From: a virus
Taxonomy: Duplodnaviria > Caudoviricetes
IMG/VR virus record: IMGVR_UViG_3300007214_000006
Length of the DNA: 64,000 nucleotides
Reading direction: 5' to 3' (one strand)
The notes under the pieces were generated by a model. That model was not told where the DNA came from. It did no database searches and worked only from the letters and a program-made list of their open reading frames with translations. Every line of letters starts with the position of its first letter. The stretch's first letter is position 1. Of the stretch, positions 9,421-18,356 are shown piece after piece. The position numbers and the translations under genes are program-made.

Positions 9421-10433
9421 TGGCATTAGTAAGAATTTATGCTGTTTGTGGTGGAACTAACGCCGCTAATGGTTTTTATACAAACGATGGCACTGATCAA
9501 TATATTAATGAAAAAAATAGCTCTTATAAAATTCATTATGCGGACGGTTATTGGTATATAAGCTATATTGATTCTCCGTTATATAGATTAGCAGCTGCCT
9601 CATCTTCTGTTGATCCAACAAGTGATACTGCTTGGACAATAATGAATGGTTCTAGTCCAACGGTAAAAACATTCAATGGAGATAGTTATTCTTCTGGTGT
9701 AACAGATTCAAATAATAATTATGTATTTGGTACAGTAGTAATTAGTGGTGCTAGTATTAGTGCTGCAAATGGGAATTATTTATTCAATAATAGTTCTGAA
9801 TGGACTCACACGAATGGACTGTATGAGATAGCGGTTTTCTCATGCAGTGACCTAGCCATATACAGAATCTCTGACAATACTCCTTTATATCGTTGCACTA
9901 GTAACCTTGTTGGTTTTCATCCGGTCACTATCTATGACAATAGCTCATCTTGGGAAACTGTGGTTGGTAACGGTGGTGGTACCGCACCTACTTCTTCATC
10001 TTATGACTCAACAACTATTTGCTCTACTGGTGGTAGTGAAAATGCCGGTAATAATTATACTCATAGCAGATTAGTAGACACAATAACAATCACAGGGGCT
10101 GCTGGATCATATACCGGCGCTAATGGCACATATTATGCTTCTAGAAATTGGGCTTCTGGAACATCAGAAGCTAATGGAGATTTACCAATATTCGTACACG
10201 CGAACGGTAATTATATTATATATTACAATACTATTGGTGAATGGTGGCAAATTTCGGAGAGTCTTATAAGTGGAGCATTATATGTGAATGGCGAATACCT
10301 CTCAAGTATTCCTGTTGGAAGCTGGACAAATGAAGATGCTCCGTCTGGCAATGTAACTAGCACAACATCTACAACCAGACGATTTTTTGTTCGCAAAAGT
10401 GGCAATAACTTTTATTTAAGACACACATCATGA
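9420..10433 (+). CDS. Ser/Thr/Gly/Asn-rich protein with three tandem ~90-aa modules
   Basis: Three ANG-x-Y anchored repeats (AANGFY, AANGNY, GANGTY), each followed by Y-x-I, LY, P and W. Confidence 0.75.
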   Translation: MALVRIYAVCGGTNAANGFYTNDGTDQYINEKNSSYKIHYADGYWYISYIDSPLYRLAAASSSVDPTSDTAWTIMNGSSPTVKTFNGDSYSSGVTDSNNNYVFGTVVISGASISAANGNYLFNNSSEWTHTNGLYEIAVFSCSDLAIYRISDNTPLYRCTSNLVGFHPVTIYDNSSSWETVVGNGGGTAPTSSSYDSTTICSTGGSENAGNNYTHSRLVDTITITGAAGSYTGANGTYYASRNWASGTSEANGDLPIFVHANGNYIIYYNTIGEWWQISESLISGALYVNGEYLSSIPVGSWTNEDAPSGNVTSTTSTTRRFFVRKSGNNFYLRHTS

Positions 10434-10588
10434 ACTTACTAGATAAAATAGCATTAAATAGACTTATTAGCATAGTTACTAATTTTATATTAGGTTTGAT
10501 TAAGATTTTTGCTCCAAAAGCAATAAACGATATAAAAGTACCAAAACCAAAACGTAAAATATTTCCATGGAGAACACAAGATGAATAA
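10430..10588 (+). CDS. 52-aa hypothetical membrane peptide (below the ORF-track cutoff)
   Basis: ATGA overlap with the upstream stop; MNLLDKIALNRLISIVTNFILGLIKIFAPK...KIFPWRTQDE; fills the gap exactly to ATG 10581. Confidence 0.7.
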   Translation: MNLLDKIALNRLISIVTNFILGLIKIFAPKAINDIKVPKPKRKIFPWRTQDE

Positions 10589-10913
10589 CTTTCTGTCTTT
10601 TCTTTTAATCGGATCCATATTAACGTTTGGTTCGATAAAATACAACGGATCCACAACAGGTGCTGTTGTATTAGCAGGAGCCATAATCAAAACACAATCG
10701 GTAGTTGTGGATAAAAAATACAAAAGAAAAGATTGTCCAGTTTGTAAAGGTAAAGGATATTATATAAGTGGCGATGGTATTAGCAAAGTAGATTGCGGAT
10801 ATTGTGAACCAGAAAAAAAAGATGGAGCGCCCGCATATGATGATGCTGTTACCCATCCTCCTGTGGTCATAAAACAAAATTGTCCTGATGGATCTTGTAA
10901 ATCTAAAAAATAA
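10581..10913 (+). CDS. Secreted/membrane small protein with a DnaJ-type Zn-finger motif
   Basis: N-terminal hydrophobic segment; CPVCKGKG...CGYC; C-terminal CPDGSC. Confidence 0.7.
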   Translation: MNNFLSFLLIGSILTFGSIKYNGSTTGAVVLAGAIIKTQSVVVDKKYKRKDCPVCKGKGYYISGDGISKVDCGYCEPEKKDGAPAYDDAVTHPPVVIKQNCPDGSCKSKK

Positions 10914-10923
10914 GGGTTTAATT

Positions 10924-11319
10924 ATGAGTAATGATAATCCAGAACTAAAAAATGTAGCTCACAAAGTTTTACAACAAAGTAACATACCTGACGATCAAAA
11001 ATTTGGTAGCATTATTGCTATATTAATGATGATAAGCATAGTACTAACCGTTATACGAGTTCTACAAGAATGCAACAAGGCTAAAACTGTTGGCATGACC
11101 AGCAAAGATAAAACACCAATTTATGCCGAAAATATAAGAACATACAGTAAAAAGCGCGGTTGGTTTACTCGTATGAGAATCAAGCGTATTGTACGAAAAC
11201 AAATGAGCGCCGAAGATTACAATAAATATGGTATAAAGTTAACAGAAAGTTTGTTAGACGTAGGAGAAAACCTCACGGATGATGAAGTTTACACACTAGT
11301 GGAGGCCGCAAATGTTTAG
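10924..11319 (+). CDS. Hypothetical membrane protein
   Basis: One TM (IIAILMMISIVLTVI); start moved to ATG 10924 after the upstream stop. Confidence 0.7.
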   Translation: MSNDNPELKNVAHKVLQQSNIPDDQKFGSIIAILMMISIVLTVIRVLQECNKAKTVGMTSKDKTPIYAENIRTYSKKRGWFTRMRIKRIVRKQMSAEDYNKYGIKLTESLLDVGENLTDDEVYTLVEAANV

Positions 11320-11563
11320 TTTATTAATATGGTGCGTTTATGGTTTATTTACTGGCAGTATCGCTAAAGCTATTGTACCAGGAGAAGAAAATTTTGGTTT
11401 TGTGAAAACAGTAGCATTAGGAATAGCTGGCTCATACATGGGCGGGGCAATATTATACTTATTAGGAGAGTATGATAGCTTGAGTCCAGCTGGAATATTC
11501 ATGGGTGTTGCCGGAGGAATTGTTACCCTTGTCCTATACAATAAGCTCAACATCAAAACATGA
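11312..11563 (+). CDS. GlsB/YeaQ/YmgE family (transglycosylase-associated) membrane protein
   Basis: Three TM helices; G-x-IAK-x-IVPG...TVALGIAGSYMGG...GIFMGVAGGIVTL pattern. Confidence 0.8.
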   Translation: MFSLLIWCVYGLFTGSIAKAIVPGEENFGFVKTVALGIAGSYMGGAILYLLGEYDSLSPAGIFMGVAGGIVTLVLYNKLNIKT

Positions 11564-12509
11564 TAAGGTAGCCGTAATACTATGGTTATACCATATTGAT
11601 TTATGGAAAGAATTTTATCAATTATTAAAACCAATTAATAATGATATAGTTTTATATCTAGGATTACCAACAGAAGCTAGCTGGTTTTATGATTCTATAA
11701 AACAAGATATAGCCGATTTTAATCACAATATACATTACAATCCAAATTACGGATGCGATGTGGCCCCATTTTTAAATCAACTGCACTATATATCTGAACC
11801 CACATTTATAAAACTACACTCTAAAAAATCCTCCTGGGGCGTTAAACGCAATATTCCGTGGAGGTCTGTTTTGTTGCACGACCTGATCGGATCTAAAGAA
11901 ATATTTGATAAGAATAGAATTATCATTAATAACGATGATGCAGGGGCCGTCTGTAATAAATTATTATTGCTAAAAGACAGAGAACTTACCAATACTAAAA
12001 TTATCAAAAAAATTTGTAAACTTATCAATATTAAATATTCTCATGTTGCTAAGTCTGAATTTTCTGCTGGTAATATGTTTTGGTCTAAAACCGATATTTA
12101 TAAAAAATATTTTAAAAAAGAAATTTGCGAAAAGCTCTTAAATAGTCTACAGAAAGAAAAAGGTAAAATTACAGACGAGTACTACGGAACATATTCTCAT
12201 TCTTTAGAGAGAGTATTCGGCTATATTATCAAACAAGAAGAGAAAAAATTTCTTTATCCGAATCATAAGGCAATAAAGATTTTAAATAAACAAGCAGAAA
12301 ACGGTTATTATAATCTTGTAATCACCTATGATAAATGTTGTTATCTAGAAGAAGATTTAAATGCCTTCGGCCATATTATTAAACTTTCTAAAAAAAATAT
12401 GTTGATACAATGGCTACATATGCCTACTATAATTTACCAAAACTACAGAATCTTAGACAATAATACAATCATAAAAGACGATAATGCAAAAACAAATATT
12501 ATTTCTTAA
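11505..12509 (+). CDS. Rhamnan synthesis protein F (RgpF)-like protein; start uncertain (possibly TTG 11529)
   Basis: LY-H-IDLW, NYGCDVAPF, KLHSKKS, FSAGNMFW, HSLERVFG motifs. Confidence 0.75.
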   Translation: MLPEELLPLSYTISSTSKHDKVAVILWLYHIDLWKEFYQLLKPINNDIVLYLGLPTEASWFYDSIKQDIADFNHNIHYNPNYGCDVAPFLNQLHYISEPTFIKLHSKKSSWGVKRNIPWRSVLLHDLIGSKEIFDKNRIIINNDDAGAVCNKLLLLKDRELTNTKIIKKICKLINIKYSHVAKSEFSAGNMFWSKTDIYKKYFKKEICEKLLNSLQKEKGKITDEYYGTYSHSLERVFGYIIKQEEKKFLYPNHKAIKILNKQAENGYYNLVITYDKCCYLEEDLNAFGHIIKLSKKNMLIQWLHMPTIIYQNYRILDNNTIIKDDNAKTNIIS

Positions 12510-13938
12510 AAAAGCGTCTGAGAACCCATTGTTGAAAAAAATCATGGAGGACCACCATTATTTGATTCCTCCTGATTTTGATTATAGAGCGTATTTGTTT
12601 TTCTCTAAGGATTTGGATTATCCGGGAATAACAGAAAATATGTTAAAAATACATTATATAATTTTCGGTAAAAAAGAAAACAGACTTTATAAATTTCACG
12701 ACAATATTTTAACAACGCAAACAATATTAAGTAAGTACAAAGATTTTGATCCTAGGATCTATAGGATATTAAATCCTGATTTAACTTGTTTTGACGATAA
12801 TCAAACTATAATACATTTTATAAATCATGGTATTAATGAAAAAAGAAAATATAGTTGTGATTTTACATATACAAATATCATAAAAAAAACAAATAAAACA
12901 AATAAACAATTAAAAAAAACAGATATAGTATTAATTAACCATGACACCTCATTAACCGGGGCTCCAAAAGCATTACAAAATATATATAATCATATAAATC
13001 GTAAACATAAAACGTTATATGTGGACGTTGTACCAAATAAAAATATACATATTAATAATATAGCATATCATAGTAATAATTATTCTAATATATATAGTAT
13101 AATAAAAAAAACAAAACCATCAATAATTGTTTCAAATTCTTTAAATTCATATTTACAAAATATAAATAAATTTAATATTGATACAATAAATAAAACTATA
13201 TTTTATTTCCATGAAACATACGATGGATTTAAGCATTTTACGCTAGAAAAAAATAATAAATTGCTAAAAATGGCAAATATTTGGGTGGTATCAGAAAAAA
13301 TCAGAGAAGAATTTAAAAATCATGGGTTTAAAAAATTATCAGTTATTCCGCCATTTATGCCAATTAGTGATCAAAAAAAGATAGATAAACTAAAATTAGA
13401 ACGAATTAATAAAATAAAAAATATATGTAATTCTAGATTTATAAATAAGAAAAAACCCATAGTCGGTATGTGCGGCACTATGGATATAAGAAAAAATTTT
13501 TCTATGTTTTGCGAAATTGCTAACTTATTGCCTCATATAGAATTTTTGTGGATAGGAGGAAATCTGTCTCATGTGGAAGATAAATACAAAAAAATTAAAA
13601 ATTTATTTATTATAGAAAATACAATTAATCCATATAAATATTTTCAAATATTAGATTATTTTTTTCTAACCAGTAAATCTGATCCTTGTCCATTTGTTGT
13701 TTTAGAGAATTTGTATATGAATAAAAAAATTATTGTTTTACATGACAATATACACTATGAGCATAATCCCGATTTGCTTGAAAATTATACTAATTTATAT
13801 AATCATAAAAATGATGCAAAAATTATTGCATCTAAGTTAAAAAAAATGAAACTAAATAAAAAACGCAATATTACAAATAAAAATATAGACTATATAAAAA
13901 ATTATTTTTCTATTCCAAATTTAAGCTTGACCCCTTGA
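12484..13938 (+). CDS. GT-B (GT4-like) glycosyltransferase with two N-terminal FD-x3-Y...H..G..E-x-R repeats
   Basis: INHDTSLTGAP, FYFHET, VGMCGT...RKNF, FLWIGG, LTSKSDPCPFVVLE. Confidence 0.75.
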   Translation: MQKQILFLKKASENPLLKKIMEDHHYLIPPDFDYRAYLFFSKDLDYPGITENMLKIHYIIFGKKENRLYKFHDNILTTQTILSKYKDFDPRIYRILNPDLTCFDDNQTIIHFINHGINEKRKYSCDFTYTNIIKKTNKTNKQLKKTDIVLINHDTSLTGAPKALQNIYNHINRKHKTLYVDVVPNKNIHINNIAYHSNNYSNIYSIIKKTKPSIIVSNSLNSYLQNINKFNIDTINKTIFYFHETYDGFKHFTLEKNNKLLKMANIWVVSEKIREEFKNHGFKKLSVIPPFMPISDQKKIDKLKLERINKIKNICNSRFINKKKPIVGMCGTMDIRKNFSMFCEIANLLPHIEFLWIGGNLSHVEDKYKKIKNLFIIENTINPYKYFQILDYFFLTSKSDPCPFVVLENLYMNKKIIVLHDNIHYEHNPDLLENYTNLYNHKNDAKIIASKLKKMKLNKKRNITNKNIDYIKNYFSIPNLSLTP

Positions 13939-13962
13939 CTTTTTAAATATTGGCTTTATCAT
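13935..13962 (+). promoter_or_regulatory. sigma70-type promoter TTGACT-N16-TATCAT
   Basis: -35 at 13935-13940, -10 at 13957-13962; ATG only 6 nt downstream. Confidence 0.6.
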
Positions 13963-13968
13963 GGTTGT

Positions 13969-14436
13969 ATGAGACCATCGTGGACAAATTATTTTTTAGG
14001 ATTAGCCAAAGTTGTATCTCAACGCAGTCACGATATTCACACCCAGCACGGATGCATAATAACAGACACTTATAATAGAATATTGGGTGTTGGATATAAT
14101 GGCTATCCCAGAGGAATGAAAGATCACGATCTTCCTAAAAATAGACCAGATAAATACCATTGGATGATACACGCAGAAAAAAATGCATTATCAAATTGTA
14201 TCGTTAGGCCACAAAATGGGATCGCTTATGTTACTGGTCAATGTTGTAATGATTGTGCGATATCTTTGTGGCAAGAAGGTGTGGAAAAAATAATTATGAT
14301 AGATGATCATGGAACTCATCTATTTGATTTGGAGGCTCAAAAAAGATTTGATATGTTTGTAGAAATGAGTGGAATAAAAATTTACAAAGTAAAACCAGAT
14401 CTTTCTTGGATTAAAAATCTTTGTGGTGTATTATGA
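13969..14436 (+). CDS. dCMP deaminase
   Basis: ILGVGYNG, HAEKNA (HxE), CCNDC (CxxC) zinc ligands. Confidence 0.92.
   Translation: MRPSWTNYFLGLAKVVSQRSHDIHTQHGCIITDTYNRILGVGYNGYPRGMKDHDLPKNRPDKYHWMIHAEKNALSNCIVRPQNGIAYVTGQCCNDCAISLWQEGVEKIIMIDDHGTHLFDLEAQKRFDMFVEMSGIKIYKVKPDLSWIKNLCGVL
14424..14435 (+). promoter_or_regulatory. TGGTGTATTATG variant of the recurrent motif
   Basis: Overlaps the last codons of the deaminase, upstream of nrdB. Confidence 0.35.
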
Positions 14437-14491
14437 TATCACCTAAATTTTAACGCACTCTGCGACAACAATATGATAAAGGAATGAATGT

Positions 14492-15466
14492 ATGATATTT
14501 GACGAACAAATTACCAGAAAACCAGATAATTATCCTTGGACTCAAGATTTCATTGAGGCTATGCATAACGGGTTCTGGACTCACAGAGAATTTAACTTTC
14601 AGAGCGATATACAAGATTTTTTGGTTAATCTAACAGATCAGGAAAAACAAATAATTATCAGAGCACTATCAACAATTGGTCAACTAGAAATATCTGTTAA
14701 AAAATTCTGGGCCAAACTTGGAGATAATCTACCTCATCCTTCGATCAATGATATGGGGTATGTTATGGCCAATGTGGAAGTAATACATGGTGATGCTTAC
14801 GAAAGACTTTTAGAAGTATTGGGTATCGACGATAGTTTCGATGAAATTCTTAAATTAGATATCATAAAAGGACGTGTAAATTATCTTAGAAAACATTTAC
14901 ATAAATTTCATGAAAATAACAAAAAGCAATTTATATATTCTTTAATTCTTTTTACCTTATTTGTTGAAAATATAGCTTTATTTTCTCAGTTTTATACCAT
15001 TAGTTGGTTTGGTAGATACAAAAATCTACTAAAAGATACCAATAAACAAGTAGAATATACATCCAGAGAAGAAAATTTACATGCAATGATCGGGATAAAA
15101 ATAATCAATACAATAAGAGAAGAATATCCAGACCTATTTGACGATGAGCTTAAAAACAAAATAACATTTGAAGCATCAGAAGCAATAAAATATGAATGTC
15201 AAATTATAGAATGGATAGTAAATGGGTATGATCATAAAAAATTAAACTCTCCTCTTCTCAAAGAATTTATAAAAAATAGAATGAATGAATCATTAGTGAA
15301 AATAGGTTTTGATCCTATTTTTGATGTTGACGAAACTATGGTATCAAAAACCTCTTGGTTTGATGAACAAGTACTAGGAAATAATATGACGGACTTTTTT
15401 CACAGTAGGCCGGTCGAATACGCTAAATGTACACAAAGTTTTACAGAAGAGGATCTATTCAATTAG
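14492..15466 (+). CDS. nrdB: Ribonucleotide reductase class Ia beta subunit
   Basis: Di-iron ligands EVIH and EENLH, radical Tyr in HGDAY, TLFVE...LFSQF, DFF. Confidence 0.95.
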   Translation: MIFDEQITRKPDNYPWTQDFIEAMHNGFWTHREFNFQSDIQDFLVNLTDQEKQIIIRALSTIGQLEISVKKFWAKLGDNLPHPSINDMGYVMANVEVIHGDAYERLLEVLGIDDSFDEILKLDIIKGRVNYLRKHLHKFHENNKKQFIYSLILFTLFVENIALFSQFYTISWFGRYKNLLKDTNKQVEYTSREENLHAMIGIKIINTIREEYPDLFDDELKNKITFEASEAIKYECQIIEWIVNGYDHKKLNSPLLKEFIKNRMNESLVKIGFDPIFDVDETMVSKTSWFDEQVLGNNMTDFFHSRPVEYAKCTQSFTEEDLFN

Positions 15467-15481
15467 GATTGATAAGGAAAT

Positions 15482-17131
15482 ATGAATAAAAAATATTACT
15501 GGCTAAATTCTCATAGTAGAATTTTTCTTGAAAGAGGATATCTAAAAGAGGGAATAACTCCGGAAGAAAGAATAAGACAAATCGCAGAAAACGCAGAAAA
15601 TATTTTGCATATAGCCGGATTTGCAGATAAATTTGAAGATTATATGAGTAGGGGATTTTATTCATTAGCTACTCCAGTATGGACTAATTACGGAAACGAT
15701 AGAGGTTTGCCAGTATCTTGTTTTAATTCTTATATACCGGACACAATGGACGGTATATTGGATAAGGTTGCCGAAGTTGGGATGATGAGCAAACTAGGAG
15801 GAGGAACTTCTGGATTTTTTGGAGATCTAAGATCCAGAGGATCAAAAATAAGTGTAGGTGGAGAGTCTAGTGGCCCTGTACATTTTATGGAACTTTTTGA
15901 TAAAGTTGCCGAGGTCGTATCCCAAGGGTCTGCTAGAAGAGGATCATTCGCAGCATATTTACCGGTCGAACATCCCGACATCAATGAATTTTTGCAAATA
16001 CGATCAGAAGGACATAACATACAAAATATGAGCATAGGAGTAACTGTCACAGATGATTGGATGAGGCAGATGATCGACGGGGATAAAGATAAAAGAAAGA
16101 TATGGGCAAAAATTGTACAAAAAAGATTTGAGACAGGATATCCTTATATTGTATTTGTAGATAATATAAATAACCATGCCCCACAACCCTACATAGATCA
16201 AAAACTAAAAATTAAAAATAGCAATCTCTGTTCAGAGATAGCTTTGTTTTCTGACGAACAAAATTCATTTGTTTGTGTTTTGTCATCATTGAATTTATTA
16301 CATTGGGACGAAATAAAAGAAACAGACGCAATAGAAACATTGATTTATTTTCTCGATTCCGTAAACGAAGAATTTATTAGAAAAACAAAAAATATTAGAT
16401 TCATGGAGTCCGCCAGAAATTTTGCTATCAACCAACGAGCGCTCGGAATGGGCGTATTAGGCTGGCATTCTCTGCTACAGTCAAAGTCTATAGCTTTTGA
16501 GTCAATGGCCGCAAAAATTCTTAATATCGATATTTGGAAAACTATAAGATCTAAGGCTGATAATGCTAGTTGCGAATTAGCAAAACTTTTGGGAGAACCT
16601 CCTTTATTAAAAGGTTACAATAGAAGAAATATAACAACTCTAGCTATAGCTCCTACGACTTCTAGTTCTTTTATTTTGGGGCAAGTTAGTCCGTCTATCG
16701 AACCATTAAATTCGAATTACTTTGTGAAAAAATTAGCCAAAGGTAATTTTACATATAAAAATCCATACTTAAAGAGATTACTTAAAGATAAAGATCAAGA
16801 TAAAGAAAACGTTTGGAAAGATATTCTCATAAGAGGAGGGTCTGTACAGCATTTAGATTTTTTGTCTCAAGAAGAAAAAGATGTTTTTAAAACATTCGGT
16901 GAAATTTCTCAAAAAGAAATAGTTATACAGAATATACAAAGACAAAAATATGTGGATCAAGCTATATCTCTTAATCTTATGATTCCGCCAAACTGCCAAG
17001 CAAAAGAAGTCAGTGAATTATTAATATATGGATGGCAAAATGGAATAAAAACATTCTATTATCAAAGATCGTCCAATCCTGCTCAAGAATTAGCTAGAAG
17101 CATTTTAACTTGTTCATCATGTGAGGCTTAA
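15482..17131 (+). CDS. nrdA: Ribonucleotide reductase class I alpha subunit (short, no ATP cone)
   Basis: PVSCF, GGGTSG, RRGSFAAY, SNLCSE, AIAPTTSSS, TFYY, C-terminal CSSC. Confidence 0.95.
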   Translation: MNKKYYWLNSHSRIFLERGYLKEGITPEERIRQIAENAENILHIAGFADKFEDYMSRGFYSLATPVWTNYGNDRGLPVSCFNSYIPDTMDGILDKVAEVGMMSKLGGGTSGFFGDLRSRGSKISVGGESSGPVHFMELFDKVAEVVSQGSARRGSFAAYLPVEHPDINEFLQIRSEGHNIQNMSIGVTVTDDWMRQMIDGDKDKRKIWAKIVQKRFETGYPYIVFVDNINNHAPQPYIDQKLKIKNSNLCSEIALFSDEQNSFVCVLSSLNLLHWDEIKETDAIETLIYFLDSVNEEFIRKTKNIRFMESARNFAINQRALGMGVLGWHSLLQSKSIAFESMAAKILNIDIWKTIRSKADNASCELAKLLGEPPLLKGYNRRNITTLAIAPTTSSSFILGQVSPSIEPLNSNYFVKKLAKGNFTYKNPYLKRLLKDKDQDKENVWKDILIRGGSVQHLDFLSQEEKDVFKTFGEISQKEIVIQNIQRQKYVDQAISLNLMIPPNCQAKEVSELLIYGWQNGIKTFYYQRSSNPAQELARSILTCSSCEA

Positions 17132-17135
17132 AATA

Positions 17136-17561
17136 ATGATTAAAGTAAAAAAAATGGTTGATAATGCCAAACTTCCTACCAGATCAAACTATAACGATGC
17201 TGGGGCAGATCTCTATTCTACCGAAACTGTTGTTATTCCTCCATTAAGTAGAGCCTTGGTAAGTACTGGGATTACAATAGAATTACCAGAAAACATATAT
17301 GGTAGAATAGCTCCTAGATCCGGACTCGCATTAAAACATGGTTTGGACGTATTAGCCGGTGTCGTGGACGAAGGATACAGAGGTGTGATAGGCGTTGTGA
17401 TTTACAATACGGATAAAAATAAAGAATATATTATTAATGTCGGTGATAAAATTGCTCAACTAATTTTAGAAACATATCACAAACAAGATTTTATCTGGTC
17501 CGATAATTTATCGGAATCTGACAGGTCTAACAAAGGATTTGGTTCAACCGGAACCAACTAA
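17136..17561 (+). CDS. dut: Trimeric dUTPase
   Basis: AGADL, IAPRSGLA, GVVDEGYRG, GDKIAQL, RSNKGFGSTG. Confidence 0.95.
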   Translation: MIKVKKMVDNAKLPTRSNYNDAGADLYSTETVVIPPLSRALVSTGITIELPENIYGRIAPRSGLALKHGLDVLAGVVDEGYRGVIGVVIYNTDKNKEYIINVGDKIAQLILETYHKQDFIWSDNLSESDRSNKGFGSTGTN

Positions 17562-17573
17562 TATTTTATAGTA

Positions 17574-17585
17574 AGGTGTAATATA
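17574..17585 (+). promoter_or_regulatory. AGGTGTAATATA variant of the recurrent motif
   Basis: Intergenic, upstream of phoH. Confidence 0.4.
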
Positions 17586-17627
17586 TAGTATATAATTGCT
17601 TACATCTTTCTATAAAAGAGGCTCACA

Positions 17628-18356
17628 TTGAAAAAAAATAATAAAACTGGTAAAAATAAACAAAAAATTATTGATGCAACAAATTCTATTCAGCCAAACA
17701 TATCAACATATAGGAATAAATTAAAACCAAGAACAGAAAATCAAAAAAATTATATTAGATCAGTCTTAGATAATACTATCACGTTTTGTCAAGGATTAGC
17801 TGGTAGTGGCAAAACACATATAGCTATAGGTATGGCTATAGAATTTTTACTAGAAAATAAAATCAATAAGATTATTATAACTAGGCCGGTACTGGAAGCT
17901 GGAGAAAAAATAGGATATTTACCAGGATCAGCAGAAGAAAAATTACATCCATATCTTTTACCAATTATAGATGAAATTCATTATTTTATAAATCCAGCAC
18001 AATATGCTGCTTTTAAACTAAATAATAAAATAGAGGTTGTACCACTTGGACTTATGCGGGGTAGAAATTTTCATAACGCTTTTATTGTTGCTGATGAATG
18101 TCAAAATGCGTCTTACGAACAATTAAAAATGTTATTAACAAGAACTGGCCAACAAAGTAAAATGGTACTTACCGGAGATATAGGACAATCTGACCTCAGT
18201 AGGCATTTGCAGGGTGGTTTTATTACGATGATAGAAGCTCTTAATGGTGTTAATGGAATAGGATATTGTAAATTAGAGTCATCTGATATTGTTAGAAATC
18301 CTATAATATCAGATATTTTACTAAGACTAGATGATTATGAAAGAAATAAATCATAA
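17628..18356 (+). CDS. phoH: PhoH-family ATPase
   Basis: TTG start after AGAGG; GLAGSGKT, TRPVLEAGEKIGYLPG, MRGRNF, ADECQN, GDIGQSD. Confidence 0.95.
   Translation: MKKNNKTGKNKQKIIDATNSIQPNISTYRNKLKPRTENQKNYIRSVLDNTITFCQGLAGSGKTHIAIGMAIEFLLENKINKIIITRPVLEAGEKIGYLPGSAEEKLHPYLLPIIDEIHYFINPAQYAAFKLNNKIEVVPLGLMRGRNFHNAFIVADECQNASYEQLKMLLTRTGQQSKMVLTGDIGQSDLSRHLQGGFITMIEALNGVNGIGYCKLESSDIVRNPIISDILLRLDDYERNKS

Noticed and set aside
11560-11571. Apparent -1 frameshift at the start of the RgpF-like gene (ATG ATA AGG TAG overlapping the ymgE stop; one extra A would give MIKVAVILW)
   Set aside because: An in-frame TTG at 11529 with GGAGG 11 nt upstream explains translation without recoding. A sequencing indel cannot be excluded but is not supported from sequence alone.
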